NCBI RefSeq assembly: GCF_006345805.1
Contig: NC_043003.1
Coordinates: 74,772,001-74,836,000, forward strand
Source: Octopus sinensis
Taxonomy: Eukaryota
Length of the DNA: 64,000 bases
Direction of reading: 5' to 3'
Below are positions 1-14,810 of this stretch, in pieces. Within the stretch, counting starts at the first letter, position 1. The number at the start of each line of letters is the position of its first letter. The position numbers and the translations under genes are program-made. The notes under the pieces were generated by a model that searched no databases, was not told the DNA's origin, and saw nothing but the letters and a program-made list of their open reading frames with translations.

Positions 1-30
1 ACATGATAGCTTCATGCTATTCAGTTTTGT

Positions 31-322
31 GAAGGCGTGTGGCTTATTGTTTAGGACATTATGTTCATGATCTTACGGCTCTGATTTTGAATACCGATGG
101 TGCGTTGTGTCCTTAAACAAGACACTTTGTTGCTCCAGTCCATTAAGCTGGCAAATTTGAGATGTGTTTGCAGTTTATTTGGGCCAGGCTTACCACATTC
201 AGTGTCACGCTGATTTTCCCAGAGTGTACACGTGTCTATGGAATGCTGAGTCACTTGCATTTTAATTCTACGATCAGGCTGTTCCGCTGGTCAAATCAAT
301 TGAAACCCTCATCAACATAACT
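31..322 (+). mobile_element. Degenerate tRNA-derived SINE (3' body shared with family A)
   Basis: tRNA-like head (GAAGGCGTGTGGCTTATTGTTTAGG...). The 3' part GGGCCAGGCTT...TACACGTGTCTATGGAATGCTGAGTCACTTGC...CAGGCTGTTCCG...AACCCTCATC aligns with 20281-20430. Confidence 0.7.
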
Positions 323-680
323 ACTCAGTTTTAAGGCACTGTACCTTCTAAGTTCATGTTCCTCTGAAACAAGGCTTGGTTTTCCTCACCTCAAGCATTC
401 AGAATTGAAGTGACAACCTCAGAAATTAATATCTATATGGAGAATTAAGTTGCCTAAATTGTCGTGACTTGAATTCTTGCCACTGTCAATTTTGTATATT
501 TCCTTACATGGTCACTATTTTAAGTTCAAGTTACCAGATACATACCGTGACACATATTTCGACTGCAGCTTTCACACATATTTGGGGCTTTATGCTAAAG
601 CGTAAGCTTGATATTTCAGATTATTCATTTGTAAAACAACTGGATATCAGATTATTGTCGTCACCTTATGATTATTTAGG

Positions 681-732
<52 letters not shown>

Positions 733-1781
733 TCTTGCTTTCAGTGTGATAACTTTATAACCGGTGAAATATCTAACGGCATTCAGCTGTTATTTGCTCA
801 GTTAACTAACTCATAATACATGCATACATACATATATACATGCATACATACATACATATATACATACATACATATATACATACATACATATATACATACA
901 TGCTTGCATGCATACATACATACATGTATACATATATGCAGATATAAACATATTGTTCCTCAATACACTTAAGTATAATTATATCTATATTATTATATGT
1001 ATATATTAATTTTCACCTGTATGGTTTTCTACCTACTGGTCACTGATAAGATCATTAATTGATTTTGTCCTTAATTATACATATATGTGTGTATGTGTGT
1101 GTTTATAAAATGTATGTGTGTATGTGTGTGTGTATGTGTGTGTGTTTGTGGGTGATTGTGGTCAACCCGTGACTCTGGGAAACTATCACTGGTAACATAA
1201 ACAGCAATGCCTATGCAAAATTGTAGCTCCAGTGAAGTTTGCACGACACATAGATTCTCTCCACGCTGCTGGCTTGATCCAGTGACCAACTGAGGAAAGA
1301 TATTAATGCAAATATGGCTCGTATGTTCAGTAATGTGCGATCAACATGATCGCAGATCAAGCAAATGATACCCAAAATTCCCAATCCAATTCCCTATCAG
1401 AATGGCTTTCTAGAAGAGACATGCTTTAATAATGCAGAGAAGGGGCTCACTGTTATTTGTTTTCCTGCTCGCTGGACACAATCTCGGAGTTTTTGAGGAC
1501 CCGTGATATTGTTAGATATTCATTGAACTTACAATATATTTTTCAGAGGTCCTAATTTTAATCCGGCTGGGGTTCTAGCAATGCAATAGCATAAAAGTTT
1601 GTAATGGATTCCAAGTTGCGAGCAGCAATCATATCAGAACTCACAAGTGACATGTCTACAAACAAACGTACAAATACATATTTATGTGCATACACGCACA
1701 GACACACATATACATACACACATAGGTATAGGTAGACTGACAGACAGATAGTCAGAAAGACAGGCACACAGAGAGATAGGA

Positions 1782-1783
<2 letters not shown>

Positions 1784-1841
<58 letters not shown>

Positions 1842-1877
1842 GATAGATAGATAGATAGATAGATAGATGGATAGATG

Positions 1878-1939
<62 letters not shown>

Positions 1940-1941
1940 GA
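1784..1941. repeat. Compound microsatellite (TA)n-(GATA)n
   Basis: Read directly from the sequence. Confidence 0.95.
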
Positions 1942-4900
1942 TACAACTTGTGTGAGAGCCTGTAGAATGAGAAAAGTAAATAAATAAAATTAAATAAGAT
2001 GTGATTTATGTTTGAGACTAAGAAACATACTGTGTGATCACGAACGGCAACGAAGCCAAATATAATCAATTACTCTGTACTATATCAGCAAGTATGACGT
2101 AGTTCTCATGACTATGGCTTCTGAATCTACAACAGAATCTCAAAATTTGTATACACACAATATTGAGACAAGAAAACCATATACAATCAACTTGCAATAT
2201 TTGAATTTATGTGTTAATTGTATCCCTATTCAACATCGGTTATTAATATAATGTATGATAAAGACAATTAAGTATCAGCTTGCACTAATAATTCATGATG
2301 ATTTATTTAAAAGTTAAACCTTTTTTTAAACCTCTAGATTCCAGCCTAATTACGTGTTCTATTAAATTGCAGAATACAAATCATTCCGCCAAACAGACGC
2401 TAGTCTATCAAAGATACTCTTTATCGATTTTCTGATAACTCTGATTTACACTATGTTTACAAATTTACGTACCGCACATGATGTACTCATTGACATAATG
2501 TGATGTGTTGCAATTGAATGCAAATGATGATCCGTGAACTAAATTTTAAATAGCGTCTGTCGTTATGTATTTTACCAGTTTCAATGTTTGCAAGCTTTAA
2601 TGTGGTTTCAGACCATATGAATGGTCATAAAACCAATCTAACAGAAACGTTCTCTATTTCTGATTAATTTTATTTACATATCTACTTTTTGTTATTTTAA
2701 AAGTTCAGAAAGCAAACTTATCTACTAAAATAATCAAGACGATAAATGGTTTTTTAAAGTAATCGAAGCATTAATTTAAAACAAAATTTCAGAAACCATG
2801 ACTGATAACCATGTGATTAATTTTTTGAAATATAATTAGTTTAGTGACCGAAATAGTAGAATAGCGAATACAAAGATATATTTCACTTAGTGTTATAATT
2901 TCTGATTTTCTTTTTAATCTCTAGAAAGTTTGATTTAACGCACTGAAGAAACGGCGATATCTTGTTACACAATATGGTCCGTAACTCGAGGATGCAGGAG
3001 TCTCTCCAGGCCGAGCAGCTACTTTTCCTTATGGAAAGGTCACCGCTCATGTGCTACGCAATTGTGATTAGAATTGAAGGAAAAATTAATCACAAGACTG
3101 AATTTTGAAGTCGAACTAATCTGCAGAAGACCCAGGGCTTGGCCAAGAAAAGAATAGTTAAGTAATATCCAAAATTTCAGTCGACCGTGCTTGGCTTCCG
3201 GACGGAAATTCTGTCACGGTTGCTTATGAATTTCTGACAGGAACCTATGATTCATTCAAGAATCTTCTCTCACGACCCTCCCAGGAAGAGAAGGTAAAGA
3301 AAATGGATGAATTTTCTGAAACGATTATAATACAAATAAATGACGCAGCTAATGTCTGAAATAGATCAAATAAACTGCAGAATATTTTTTGTTGTAGCGT
3401 TTTGCTAAATTTAGTTAAGACAGTATAGTCTCTCCACCAACAGGTGTTCTCATCCTTGTCAAGTTGCAAAGGTATGATGAAAAGAAATTTTAGGAAGAGG
3501 AACAATTATTTGGAGGCTCCTTCATTGGCTCGATGCTTATTTTTGCTACATCACTATCAATATGGAGTTTAAAATACGTGCTTGTGTATTGCGTTTTTCT
3601 ACATATAGTATTATAACTGGAATAACACCAATATAAACGGCAATATTTAATTTTCTTTCTCTTTCTTTCAGTGCTTTAAATCTATATTTCTAGAGATTAA
3701 AAAGAAAAATCAGAAATTAATACACTAAGTGAAATATATCTAAATTGAATATTCATAGTAATTATGGAAAACTTTTCAAATGTATATGCAGCTGGAATTC
3801 TTTAGAGATATTGACAATGGAACATAAATATAATTCTAAGAGACGGACGTGAGATAGATAGATAGATTGATAAAGAGTCAAAAGATAGATAGCAAGAAAG
3901 ATAGATGTATATAGATAAATGCATATATGCATACAATAATGTGAGTACATGCGCGCGTGTGTATGTGCCTGCTTGCGCGTATGTGTAACATCCTGAGAAA
4001 GATTTAGAAGACATGTTTGTTATTGCTTATACACTTAACGGTAGTTTGGCCAAGCTGTCAGTCGAAACTAAAACTCCAATACTTTTAAAATTGAAACTTG
4101 CCTTTACTAAATGTTTGGAATTCATTAAAAATATTGCTTTAAGCGAATGTCTTCTGGTTTTGGAATTTTCCGATAAAGGAATTTTCATTGGAGAGGCGTA
4201 CTCGATTGCATGGTTCCCATAATTTCAAAATTGCTTTAAGATAAGGATTTCTGATTAAGTTACATGGTCAGTAATTTAAACTTATTGCATAGAACTCGAA
4301 TGAATCAAATGCATTGTTAAAAGACAAAACTTGAACTCAGAATGTCAAGGGTTGGAACAAATAGCCTGGAATACTTTCCAAACACTCCATCTTTTCTCCC
4401 AAATAGCTGCTTATTAGTCATTTAAAAATAATATCCTTAACAGAATTATGGACAAACATGCGCGCGCGTAGGCGGCAGCAGGTTGGTGCACAGTGCCAAT
4501 TTGATTATTATAAATGCGTTAATCCTCTCTGGATTAAAAAGAAAAAAAATCTGCATCCACTCTATTTCTGAGTGTAGATTAATACATCGATCTCATCCAC
4601 ACTCGTGAATCTGTTAACATGGGTATATCAGCTCTGTATGACACTTTTAACATATAGCGTATTTATACGTACACTGACATCAGTATAAAATCAGACACAC
4701 AGGTAGATTGATCAATTTATACACATAACTATATTTTGGTTGTTTTAACTAATGGACAAGCATATTTATCAATACTTTTATCAATGCATTTTCCTTAATT
4801 TCTTTATTTCTTTATGCATTGCTATTATAATTAAAATTAATTCATTTGATGACTACACATAGTCAGTTAGAGGCACGATACTTGCCAGCAAATTAATTAA

Positions 4901-5704
4901 TCAAGTGATAGAATGACAAAAGCTAAGGTTTCTCCCAATGGATTTATAACTGTAAAATTAAATGACAATGCACTATCATTCCATAACATTAACTGCTGTG
5001 TTCCTGTGCTTAGGTGTTTCAGATAAATCATGTGTAATTTCTATCCTTAAAATAATTTCACTCCTCTACGCATATTTTATTCTATTGTTATTTATGTCAG
5101 AAGCTACCCCTGTGTCATATGAGATTTAAGATCATAAAACATGGCCATTGGTTTGTTGAAGTCGTAAAGTATTCAATTTAACTTCCAAAGCAAGTTGCAC
5201 TAAATATTCCAAATGCAGAAAGTCACTCAGCCTACACGTACATTTACAATAACAACTAAAAGAAAATCAATTTTTTGTGCGCTCATATGCACTTCCAGTA
5301 TCTTGTTACAAACGGCGTTCTATTTCTATATTTCCTGTTGTAAGCTTAACAGCACTTAGGGGGAACTCTGTAGCAGACATCTCCAAAAATATTCACTAAA
5401 ACTTCCCTTTAGAAACACAACGAACATGCATATTTAAACAGATGAACATATACTTACACACATACATATACGAATTCTCGTACTGTCATCTACCTGCCAG
5501 CTCTTCTTCAGAAAATATCATATTTGACTCTGTAAAGTTTTGAACATGAATGTCAATTACTTAAAAACACACATGCATATGAACATACATACATGCGTAT
5601 CCATATATAAATATATAAATATATAAATATATATATACATATATACACATAAATATGTATAAACATACATATATATATATACATATATATATATGCATAT
5701 ATAT

Positions 5705-5811
<107 letters not shown>

Positions 5812-6136
5812 TACATATATATTCATACATATATACATACAAGGATGGTTAAAAAACTGATAGATTTAGCTATTTGCAAGTAACGTTGAAAAATAAACAC
5901 GAATATAAAATCATGAATCGGAAAATATGGGCGGAATTGTACCTCCGAACGGATAAAACTGCAGGGATTCATAAATGCTTAATGGATCAAAGCTGCCTAT
6001 GATCTTTGTTTATTTGTTTGATGTTTATGACATAATAGTAAAAATACCAGTTACATGTGGAAGTAAAGATTTATATAATCTTATTATGTACACATGCACA
6101 AAGACACACAAGCACACAAAATATATGTATGTTTGT

Positions 6137-6183
<47 letters not shown>

Positions 6184-6711
6184 ATATATATATACGGTAG
6201 AGCATTTGTTGTGATAAATATGGAATATATCATGAACCACTTTCAAGCAGATTTGCCTCTGTTTGCCACGAATTACCATATCTTATTGACTGGCGTACGC
6301 CCGTGTTTCAAAAACATTTCATCTTCGCATTTGGTAATGTATTGATTCATTAATCTATAAATATATTAATATCTCCCCTTAGTGAGTATTTACGTCGTAT
6401 ACATTAGCCTCATAAGGTAAGAAGATGTCAAACGTACCGCATTTAACGACCTCACTACCTTGTAATTTCGATTAGATGAAGGCTGCATAGGGAGATCTAT
6501 ATAGCTCCCTATGCATATATGTGACAAGTTTAACTATTCTTCTGTTGCACATTACACTAATGGCTACTTGGAACTATGCATACTCTTTGAAGGACGAAGG
6601 CATTCATCATATCTGTTTTCAATTTAATTAATGATTGTCATAAGTCTGAAATTATGAAATCTTTCAAGGGATTCTTTAGAATCATTTCGACTTCCCTTTC
6701 TGGGAATTCAC

Positions 6712-6799
<88 letters not shown>

Positions 6800-6919
6800 T
6801 ATATATATATATACAACACACATACATACATATACGCACACAACACAACACATTTATAAAGGAGATGGAAAGTCTTAAATCTACATTCCCTGCTCGTAAA
6901 ATTATCAGACGAGGTGTCT

Positions 6920-6961
<42 letters not shown>

Positions 6962-7261
6962 TTATATTTAATATTTATTAATAATATCAGGGTAATAAAG
7001 ATTTTGGAAAAATTTTTACTACCTGTGGCCTAGCGTGTAGAAAAATTAGTCAATAGGCTAAATATTATATAAATACAGTGTATATTTAAACACATAAAAG
7101 CTATCCTTCATAGGATTCCGTTCACGCTAGAAAGAACAGCTAAAGTCCAAACAACTATTAAAGATAAAAACTTGTCGCCAAACGTATGAGCGTTCGACAA
7201 TTTTTTACCGAACAATCGCACAGAGGATTTGTTTATAGTGTTCAAATGCTTGTGTACACAT

Positions 7262-7457
7262 AAGCTCACTCACTCCATCAGATCGACGTTACCTGGATAG
7301 GTGCAACGTGAGACACATGTTAGATGTCGAAATGATCGCATAGCAACATGAAATGAAGTGATTTGCTCAAGTACACAACGCAATATACGGCCTGAGGATC
7401 GAAGTCACGAGCTCACAATCGTGATTACAATACACTAACCGCTCTGCCATGCGTCTT
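7262..7457 (-). mobile_element. Degenerate tRNA-derived SINE
   Basis: Minus strand reads GACGCATGGCAGAGCGGTTAGTG (A-box-like) ...GTGACTTCGATCC (B-box-like) ...GTTGTGTACTTGAGCAAATCACTT, resembling the head of the copy at 31-140. Confidence 0.65.
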
Positions 7458-7488
7458 AATGTATATATATATACATATATAATGTATA

Positions 7489-7563
7489 GGCGCAGGAGTT
7501 GCTGATGATAAGAAAATCGCCTTCTGAGTGGATTTGGTAAACGGAAACTAAAAGGAGCCCGTC

Positions 7564-7645
<82 letters not shown>

Positions 7646-7864
7646 ATGTGTGTATCTCTGTGCCGGGCTCTGACAATCGCTTGACAATAGGTGTTGGCGT
7701 GTTTATATCCTTTTAACATAGCGTTTCGGCTAAAAAGATCGATAGAATAAGTATCAGTCTTTGAAAATTTACTGGCATTGAATTATTCGACCAAAATTCG
7801 TCAAAGCGGTGCCACATGATTGCCTCCGTCTAATGATTGAAACAAAGTAAAAGAATAAAAGAAT
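7489..7864 (+). mobile_element. SINE family B, head partly deleted, internal (TA)n(TG)n
   Basis: GGCGCAGGAG...GAGTGGATTTGGTAAACGGAAACTAAAAGGAGCCCGTCG-(TA)n-...ATCGCTTGACAA...GATAGAATAAGTA...TGAAACAAAGTAAAAG, collinear with 14401-14768. Confidence 0.85.
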
Positions 7865-9012
7865 ATATATTTATGGGAAAACAGAATATACACAAGACTT
7901 TAATTTTATCTTTTGTACGTTCAACATCACATTTGAAATCACTTTTCACACTCTAAAAATTACATTGGGTGGAGTATGAACAAGCCAGGTAGGTGTATTG
8001 AAAAAATGATGATAGTGAAAAACAAAAACATGCTTAGCAGCACGTGAGTAATTAAAAATTGATTACGAACAGTAAAATAGCGACGGAAGAAGGAGAATTG
8101 AAGGAATTCAGGGAAATATTTTAAAAGAAGGAATTTTATCAAATGTAGCAAGGGGAAAATGCCATTCCCTCAACCAGTACAGTGTGACGTCAGCCAAATT
8201 TATGTATCCATTCTCTCTGACGACTTTGCTCGAAAGATTATAGAACTGAAAAATAAGTCAAGTGTTGCTAATGTCAAAGCAGGTGAAGCACCAGATCAAT
8301 TATCGCAAAAGGAATATGAATGCTAATGCAAGGGAACATGAATCCTTGGATCTGTTCGGCAAAGAACGCTTCGCCAAGAAATTGCAGAACGAAGATTCCC
8401 AAATACAAGCGAACAAAGGTTGCAGTTGAGGACAATAAAATAAGCAGAATATTAAAAAAATACAAAAAATGTGGGGTATATTTTAAATTGAATCCAAATG
8501 ATCATTTAAAATAGAAATGGCACAAACAATTTTCAAAACACGATGCTAAATATATAAAATGTGTGCAAAGATATGATTACAGGGACAAAATTCTAAGAAT
8601 TTGAATTACATATCGTATTTTCAGCTTATGATGTTATATTAAACCGGTGGTTCAACCAACTGATCCTTCTCTGCAAGGCGGAATATGCTTCAAAGGCTTT
8701 CGTTAAGATAACATATTATTGTGAGCATAAATGAAAATAAACAAATCCATACCACATGTCTGTCTTTGAGTGAGAGCTAGAGTGCGTGTATGCATTTATT
8801 TTAATGTTTATACTTAACTTTATATTGACATGCATGATTATTTCGGATACTCTTATATTGTCGCTCTAAACTTCAGGTTTATTGATCGTTATTAAGCACA
8901 TTTCCAAGTATTGTGCAGAGACAAAGATAGTGTGCGTTATATTGGCTGTATTCTGTAACCTATATGAAACATATATATATATATAATATATATATATATA
9001 TATTCTTATATA

Positions 9013-9053
<41 letters not shown>

Positions 9054-9087
9054 AATGTTTGTATGTGTGTGTATGAATATGCATGCA

Positions 9088-9174
<87 letters not shown>

Positions 9175-10224
9175 GATAATAGATATATGCACACATCTAG
9201 GCTTGTAGTGTGTGGGTGTCTCTGATTTCATGTATATATGTATGTGTGTGTTTGAGTGCGTGTAAATATGTAGTTACATGCACCTTCATCGTCGTATGTG
9301 ATTTGTCAGGTTTTCAAATATAAAACATGATTAAAAGCAGCTTACATATCTCGCAGCTCGTAAGCATACGCTTGTCTTTGTACGGAAGCTCGTGTATGAA
9401 TGCTTGTGTCTGTATATTTATATGCATAAATGTATATATGTATTTAAGAATGTGTGTGTCGGTGTCTGTCTGTCTGTGTAAATATGCACGTATGCGGAGT
9501 GTGTATGTGTGTGTGTGTGTGTGGTTTATGTGTAGAAGTTACGGTCGAATAGGTTTCACTATGTTGCTTCTATGAAGCTAAAGACTGACTGATGCAGTAT
9601 GGCATCAGGAGAATTAAGTAGCTTTCCATGTCATCCACTGTTAGCTTAATTTCATTCCACTCCAGCTCACATTCTTTCTCATTTGGTCTAATTCTAACTT
9701 CGTATAGTTCTATTGTATATTATTCTCAGCATTCTGCTCTATATTTATTTCTTTTACATTTATCTTATTATATTTGAAAATATCTATCTTTATATATTTG
9801 TAACGTATATTCCAATCATTCTTTGTATCTCTTTACAATATTACTTTCCTACAAGAGATGTTCCTTTCGACTAGGCTGAACATTTTATAGTTTATGTGAA
9901 ACTGAAGTTGTATGATGCGACTTTAAATTCTTATTCAAACTGTAACATCCCCGTAACTTGTCTCTCTTGCTGCTGTTAGTTTGTTTCTCTTTAAGACGTG
10001 AACTATCAGAAGCTTTGTACTATAAACTGCTTATCATAACAATTACCTCAGGTAGACCAGACTTCCTCTACAGACTCCAGCTAGCATGACATAAATCTCC
10101 GACTAAATTACATCCTTTATTCTTGGCTTGAGAAATTATGTATTCCGTTTCCGCTTCATTGAAGCTCTTATGATTAATTTTCATTGCCTCATTTCAAGAG
10201 TGGTTGAGGAATTATCCTCTAAAC

Positions 10225-10433
10225 CAGCGCCTGTGATTGCTATTTTATTCTACTGGACCCTCATAAATATTGGATATTTAAAACTATCCCTTTATATTTT
10301 TATTATTAAATGTTTTTAACAATTTTGTTTAAAAAATTGTTGAAATATTTTGTATATTTCAGGAAGAATACCCATTTAATTACGCATGGATTTTAACAGC
10401 AAGGGTCATGTGGGCACCATTTGCGAATCACTG
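10225..10433. mobile_element. Non-autonomous hAT (Charlie-like) MITE
   Basis: Ends CAGCG... and ...GCGAATCACTG, flanked by an identical 8-bp direct repeat CTCTAAAC (10217-10224 and 10434-10441). An 8-bp NTCTARAN-type TSD is typical of hAT-Charlie elements. The left TIR is eroded. Confidence 0.6.
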
Positions 10434-10937
10434 CTCTAAACGGTGACTTGGTGCGAATGCCTGTAACACAATAGACTCTTATAAGGTCAGCAAGGTTGGA
10501 GGTGTTAGTGTTAAATTACTTGACAGGCAGATGTTGGTAATAAGTGTTTAAAACGAAATCTGATCAAATAAATATGCTAAATTACTCTGTATATTCATAC
10601 TGGTCGGAATAACGAAACGTGTACGTAATGAGATCGGAATCAATTACAAATCAAAATCGGGAATTTCAATCTCTTGGCAAAAGGTTGCACTCTAAAAATC
10701 AAGGGAGCGGTGTGGGGTTTTCAAATGCTTCTTTTGATACCATTTGCTCAGTAATGTAACTTAAATTAACAGACACACCAATGCATGCATAAATACATCT
10801 GTACACCTATACATAGAAAACTACTCTATTTCATAAAGTCAAATTTCCAAAGAAAGTGCCTTCTTTGTATACTGGAAGCAAGGCTTTCTTTCTCTGGTGA
10901 AATTTTAATAAATAAAACCAAGAACGAAAATATTCAC

Positions 10938-10970
<33 letters not shown>

Positions 10971-13533
10971 TAATCACTCATACGCATATATGTACATTTA
11001 ACTGATAAAAAGAAAGAAAAACAAAAATTCTATCTACATATCTATAACTGTGTGTGTGAGTAGGTATAGATGTATATATAAGTTGATATATGTGTGTGCG
11101 TCCATTTAATATGAACGCTTCTCCGAGATAATTCTCTCCTATTTAAATATGTGAGTAGGTATAAATGTATATATAAGTATTATATTTTACCGAGTAATGA
11201 CGAATGAAGCCTTAACATGCTCGTTGCTTTCACTGGTTATCTGTGAAACCAGCGGTCGCATCTATATATAAGCGTCTCTCTTATATGCGTATTCCATATT
11301 TTGAATGCCACTAGATGAAAATTTTTGTCGCAAAATTACAGGAAAACGTACCCCTTCATGTATATGTTCCTTGCGAATCTGCAGTTGTCCTATAATATAG
11401 TAGAAAAAAAAATTAAATGAATTCACCAGAGCCACTATGGACCACACACCCTTGTACGCATAAAAACAGATAAACACAATCATTCAGGAAACGAAAACAA
11501 CCCTGTCGTTAACAAATTCACGTCACGACTGCGTTGTTTGAGTTTAATATTATGATACAGGGAGTTGGAAAAATGAATAACGCAAACACATAGACAGAGA
11601 TTAACCAATACCCTGTGGGTAGAATCTAATAGACGGAAAGCTAGTGGAAGCCAGTTATATACTGTTGTAAGGATATATGTGTGTTTGTATGAACCCTCAT
11701 CTTTACTTGTGTATGTGTTTACAGTAGGAAAGTGACGTATGTGTATTTGTTTCCCTTTGTGTTAACAAGTGTGAAGTCGATATCTGAATCACTCATGGAA
11801 CTCCGCCCATTCTGGCGGTGACACAAAATGGGTGGTGCCCATTGACTGAAGCTATTAAATGACTAGTGAGCATACACACACACAAACTCTATCTCTCTGC
11901 CTCTATCTCACTCACTCTCTCTCTCTCTCTCTCTCTCTCACTTACACAAATACACATACTCGGATATTAATACCCAGTAGTCTTCAAAGATATTTTATTC
12001 GTTATCGTTCTATGGTAAGCTAGCTGAAGTGTACACCTGCAGAATTTGATTTCAGATCTCTGTTGAATGACATTTTGCACTATCTAATGGACTGGTTAAT
12101 ACAAAATGGATGGGTGTAACCTTGTCGACCATAGCATGTATTCAGGATGTCTATAAAAATGAAAAGTGTATTTGTCTAACAACTATTTCTAATAAGAATC
12201 TTAAGCCATTCTCAACATTTCTATGTACGCGCAGTAGATATAAGGTAAAAGCTTGATCCGTCAATCGCGTTTCCTTTCGCATTTCGACTTTAATACTAAT
12301 TCTTACCATTTTATACGTAAAGGATAAAACTAATGTTGTTGTATCTCAAATATAATCTACGTTCTTATAAAGCTTTTTATATTTTTCCTATTATTTCACT
12401 TGTTCACATATATACATGTGTGTATGTCTGTGTGTATCTGTGTATGTTTGTGAGCGTGTGTGTGTTTATGTGAGTGTGATTGTGTGCGTGCGCACGCGCG
12501 TGTGCATTTATTTTTTTAGCGCCTTCTCGTACACTGTAACGTGAAAGGATTTCACTGCGGGATCATGTCTTGGAAAAGAAAAAAAAACTATTCTTTCCAT
12601 AGAGCTTTGTCAAAATCGCGTCAATGCATTTTTACTCAGCATGTCTGTAGGAAGTAAGTTTTTACGTAACGCAAAATACCGCGGCGAATGCTTTTCACGT
12701 CATAATGTATAATAATGCTTTAAAAAGAAAAGAAACCTCTTCATTTGGATACACTGTACTATGTCTGCGGACGCAACACACACACGCGTTCACACACACA
12801 CAAACATACATTCACACACAGCCTACCTGCCCATTTAGTTGTGTAGAGCAGACGGCAAGAGGAATGTGAACAAGAACAGAAAATAAAGAAAGCAGTTAAA
12901 GGAAGTCGGGATGGGATGACAAGGATATGCAAAAATGGAATAAATTTTAACAACTTACAGAAGAAGGATTTTTCAAAGGATAGATATGCAGTTGCTAGTG
13001 GTAGGTTAAAGCGATCGATCTTTGAATCAATAAGTCACAAATATGCATTTCACATGCAGCAAATGTAAGGAAATCCTGCGAATAATCTATGAAATGGTAA
13101 GAAATTTACAATGAACAATAGGTTGGAGACTAGAAGAAACTTTACTAAGCAGTAGCTATATTCCTATGAGTGTGTAATGACAAATCCCTACGTTTCTGCT
13201 TGACTGTATACATGGCTCTGGAAATAAACTATACATCAAGAAACAATATTTTTTTATGTATGCCACAAAACAGAAATAGATAAATGTGTATTTATGAATA
13301 CTGAAGCTTGTTGCAAACCTGACTTACAACATGCAGGGGAAAATGTTTGTGCCAGGCCATTATGATGTATGCGACAACAGGGAAAAAACAGGATTTTTCT
13401 ATAAGTATAACATACACACGCACGCACACACACACGCACACACATATATACAGAAATGCACACACTACACAGGCATTTATGTATCTATATTTCAGTCTCT
13501 CTCTCTCCTCCTCTCTCTTATATATATATATTA

Positions 13534-13566
<33 letters not shown>

Positions 13567-13692
13567 TATATAGAAAATAGTAAAGAGTGAAAAGATTACA
13601 GAAGGCTTGTTTTAAAAGGTTAAAAAATATATATTTGAGTCAATATGTCTGAAGAATGTTATACATTTTTTTCATACAATGACATAGTATAG

Positions 13693-13731
13693 AAGAAATG
13701 ACCGGTTTCGCGTACAGCTTTTCAAATTCTT
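13693..13731 (-). ncRNA. Minimal type-I hammerhead ribozyme motif, U3-A8 core variant
   Basis: Minus strand: AAGAAT | TTGAAAA | GC-TGTAC-GC | GAAA-CCGG-TC | ATTTCTT, i.e. helix I, core UUGANAA, helix II, GAAA, palindromic helix III ACCGGU and a GUC triplet. Confidence 0.6.
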
Positions 13732-14400
13732 AAATCGTTGTTACGTGAGAGCGGTGATCTAGATAATAAGTGATTCTTCGGTTTGTAAGGGAAATAATCG
13801 CTTAAAATTATTAGACTTTCTTTTGGATTGAGTTTCTCTGTATTATACATATATATATATATATATATATGCACACACATTCATGTGTGCGTATATGTAT
13901 GCGTGTGTGTGTGAATGTGTGAGTTTGTGTGTATGTGAGTGCGTGTGTGTGATCGAGACCAATGGTTTAGTTTAGAGTTTTGTACTGAAATATAACCTAG
14001 ATAAACATTACGCGTGTTTCACTTGCAAATACTTGTATGTTCTGCGGCACTTGTTACGTAGGATCTGCAAAATGACTCTCACAAACAAATCATCAGATAT
14101 AAAATTATATAGGAATTAACGCACTGTCCTTTACCAACCACAATTAATACATATTGGTATTGCTGATTCTTCCTCCTACTCACCAAAGGTCTAGATTTCT
14201 GTAAAATATAAATAAACAGGTTTGAATGTAAATGTGACGAACAGTATTTTAATCATAAAATTCCTTTCCATCATATTGACTGAGGCTTATATATCTAACT
14301 ACCTATCTACGAACACCACCTCGCACATAAACATACACACACACATGTGTATATAATATATATATATATATATATATACATATGAAAATATATATATATT

Positions 14401-14768
14401 GGCGCAGGAGTGGTTATGTGGTAAGAAGCTTGCTTGCCAAGCACGTGGTTCCGGGTTGGGTCTCACTGCGTAGCAACTGTCTTCTGCTATAGCCTTGGGC
14501 TGACCAAAGCCTTGTGAGTGGTTCTGGTAGACGGAAACTGAAAGAAGCCCGTCGTATATATGTGTGTGCATGTATCTGTGTGCCTGTGTTTGTCCCGCAC
14601 AATCGCTTGACAGCCGATGTTGGCGTGTTACGTATCCCGTAACTTAACGGTTCGGCAAAAGTAACCAATGGAATAAATACTAGGTCTACAAAGAATAAGT
14701 CTTGGGGTCGATTTGTTCGACTAAAGACTGTACTCCAGCATCAAATGATTCAAACAAATAAAAGAGAT
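14401..14768 (+). mobile_element. SINE family B (tRNA-Gly-like head), near full length
   Basis: GGCGCAGGAGTGGTTATGTGGTAAGAAGCTTGCTTGCCAAGCACGTGGTTCCGGGTT head, conserved body, internal TA/TG tract and a tail ending CAAATGATTCAAACAAATAAAAGAG. At least six homologues in the window. Confidence 0.9.
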
Positions 14769-14771
14769 TAG

Positions 14772-14810
<39 letters not shown>

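Noticed and set aside
8217-8250. Other CTGANGA occurrences (8217, 17514, 23789, 32481, 62766) as hammerheads
   Set aside because: No paired helix II followed by GAAA and NUH in the right geometry.
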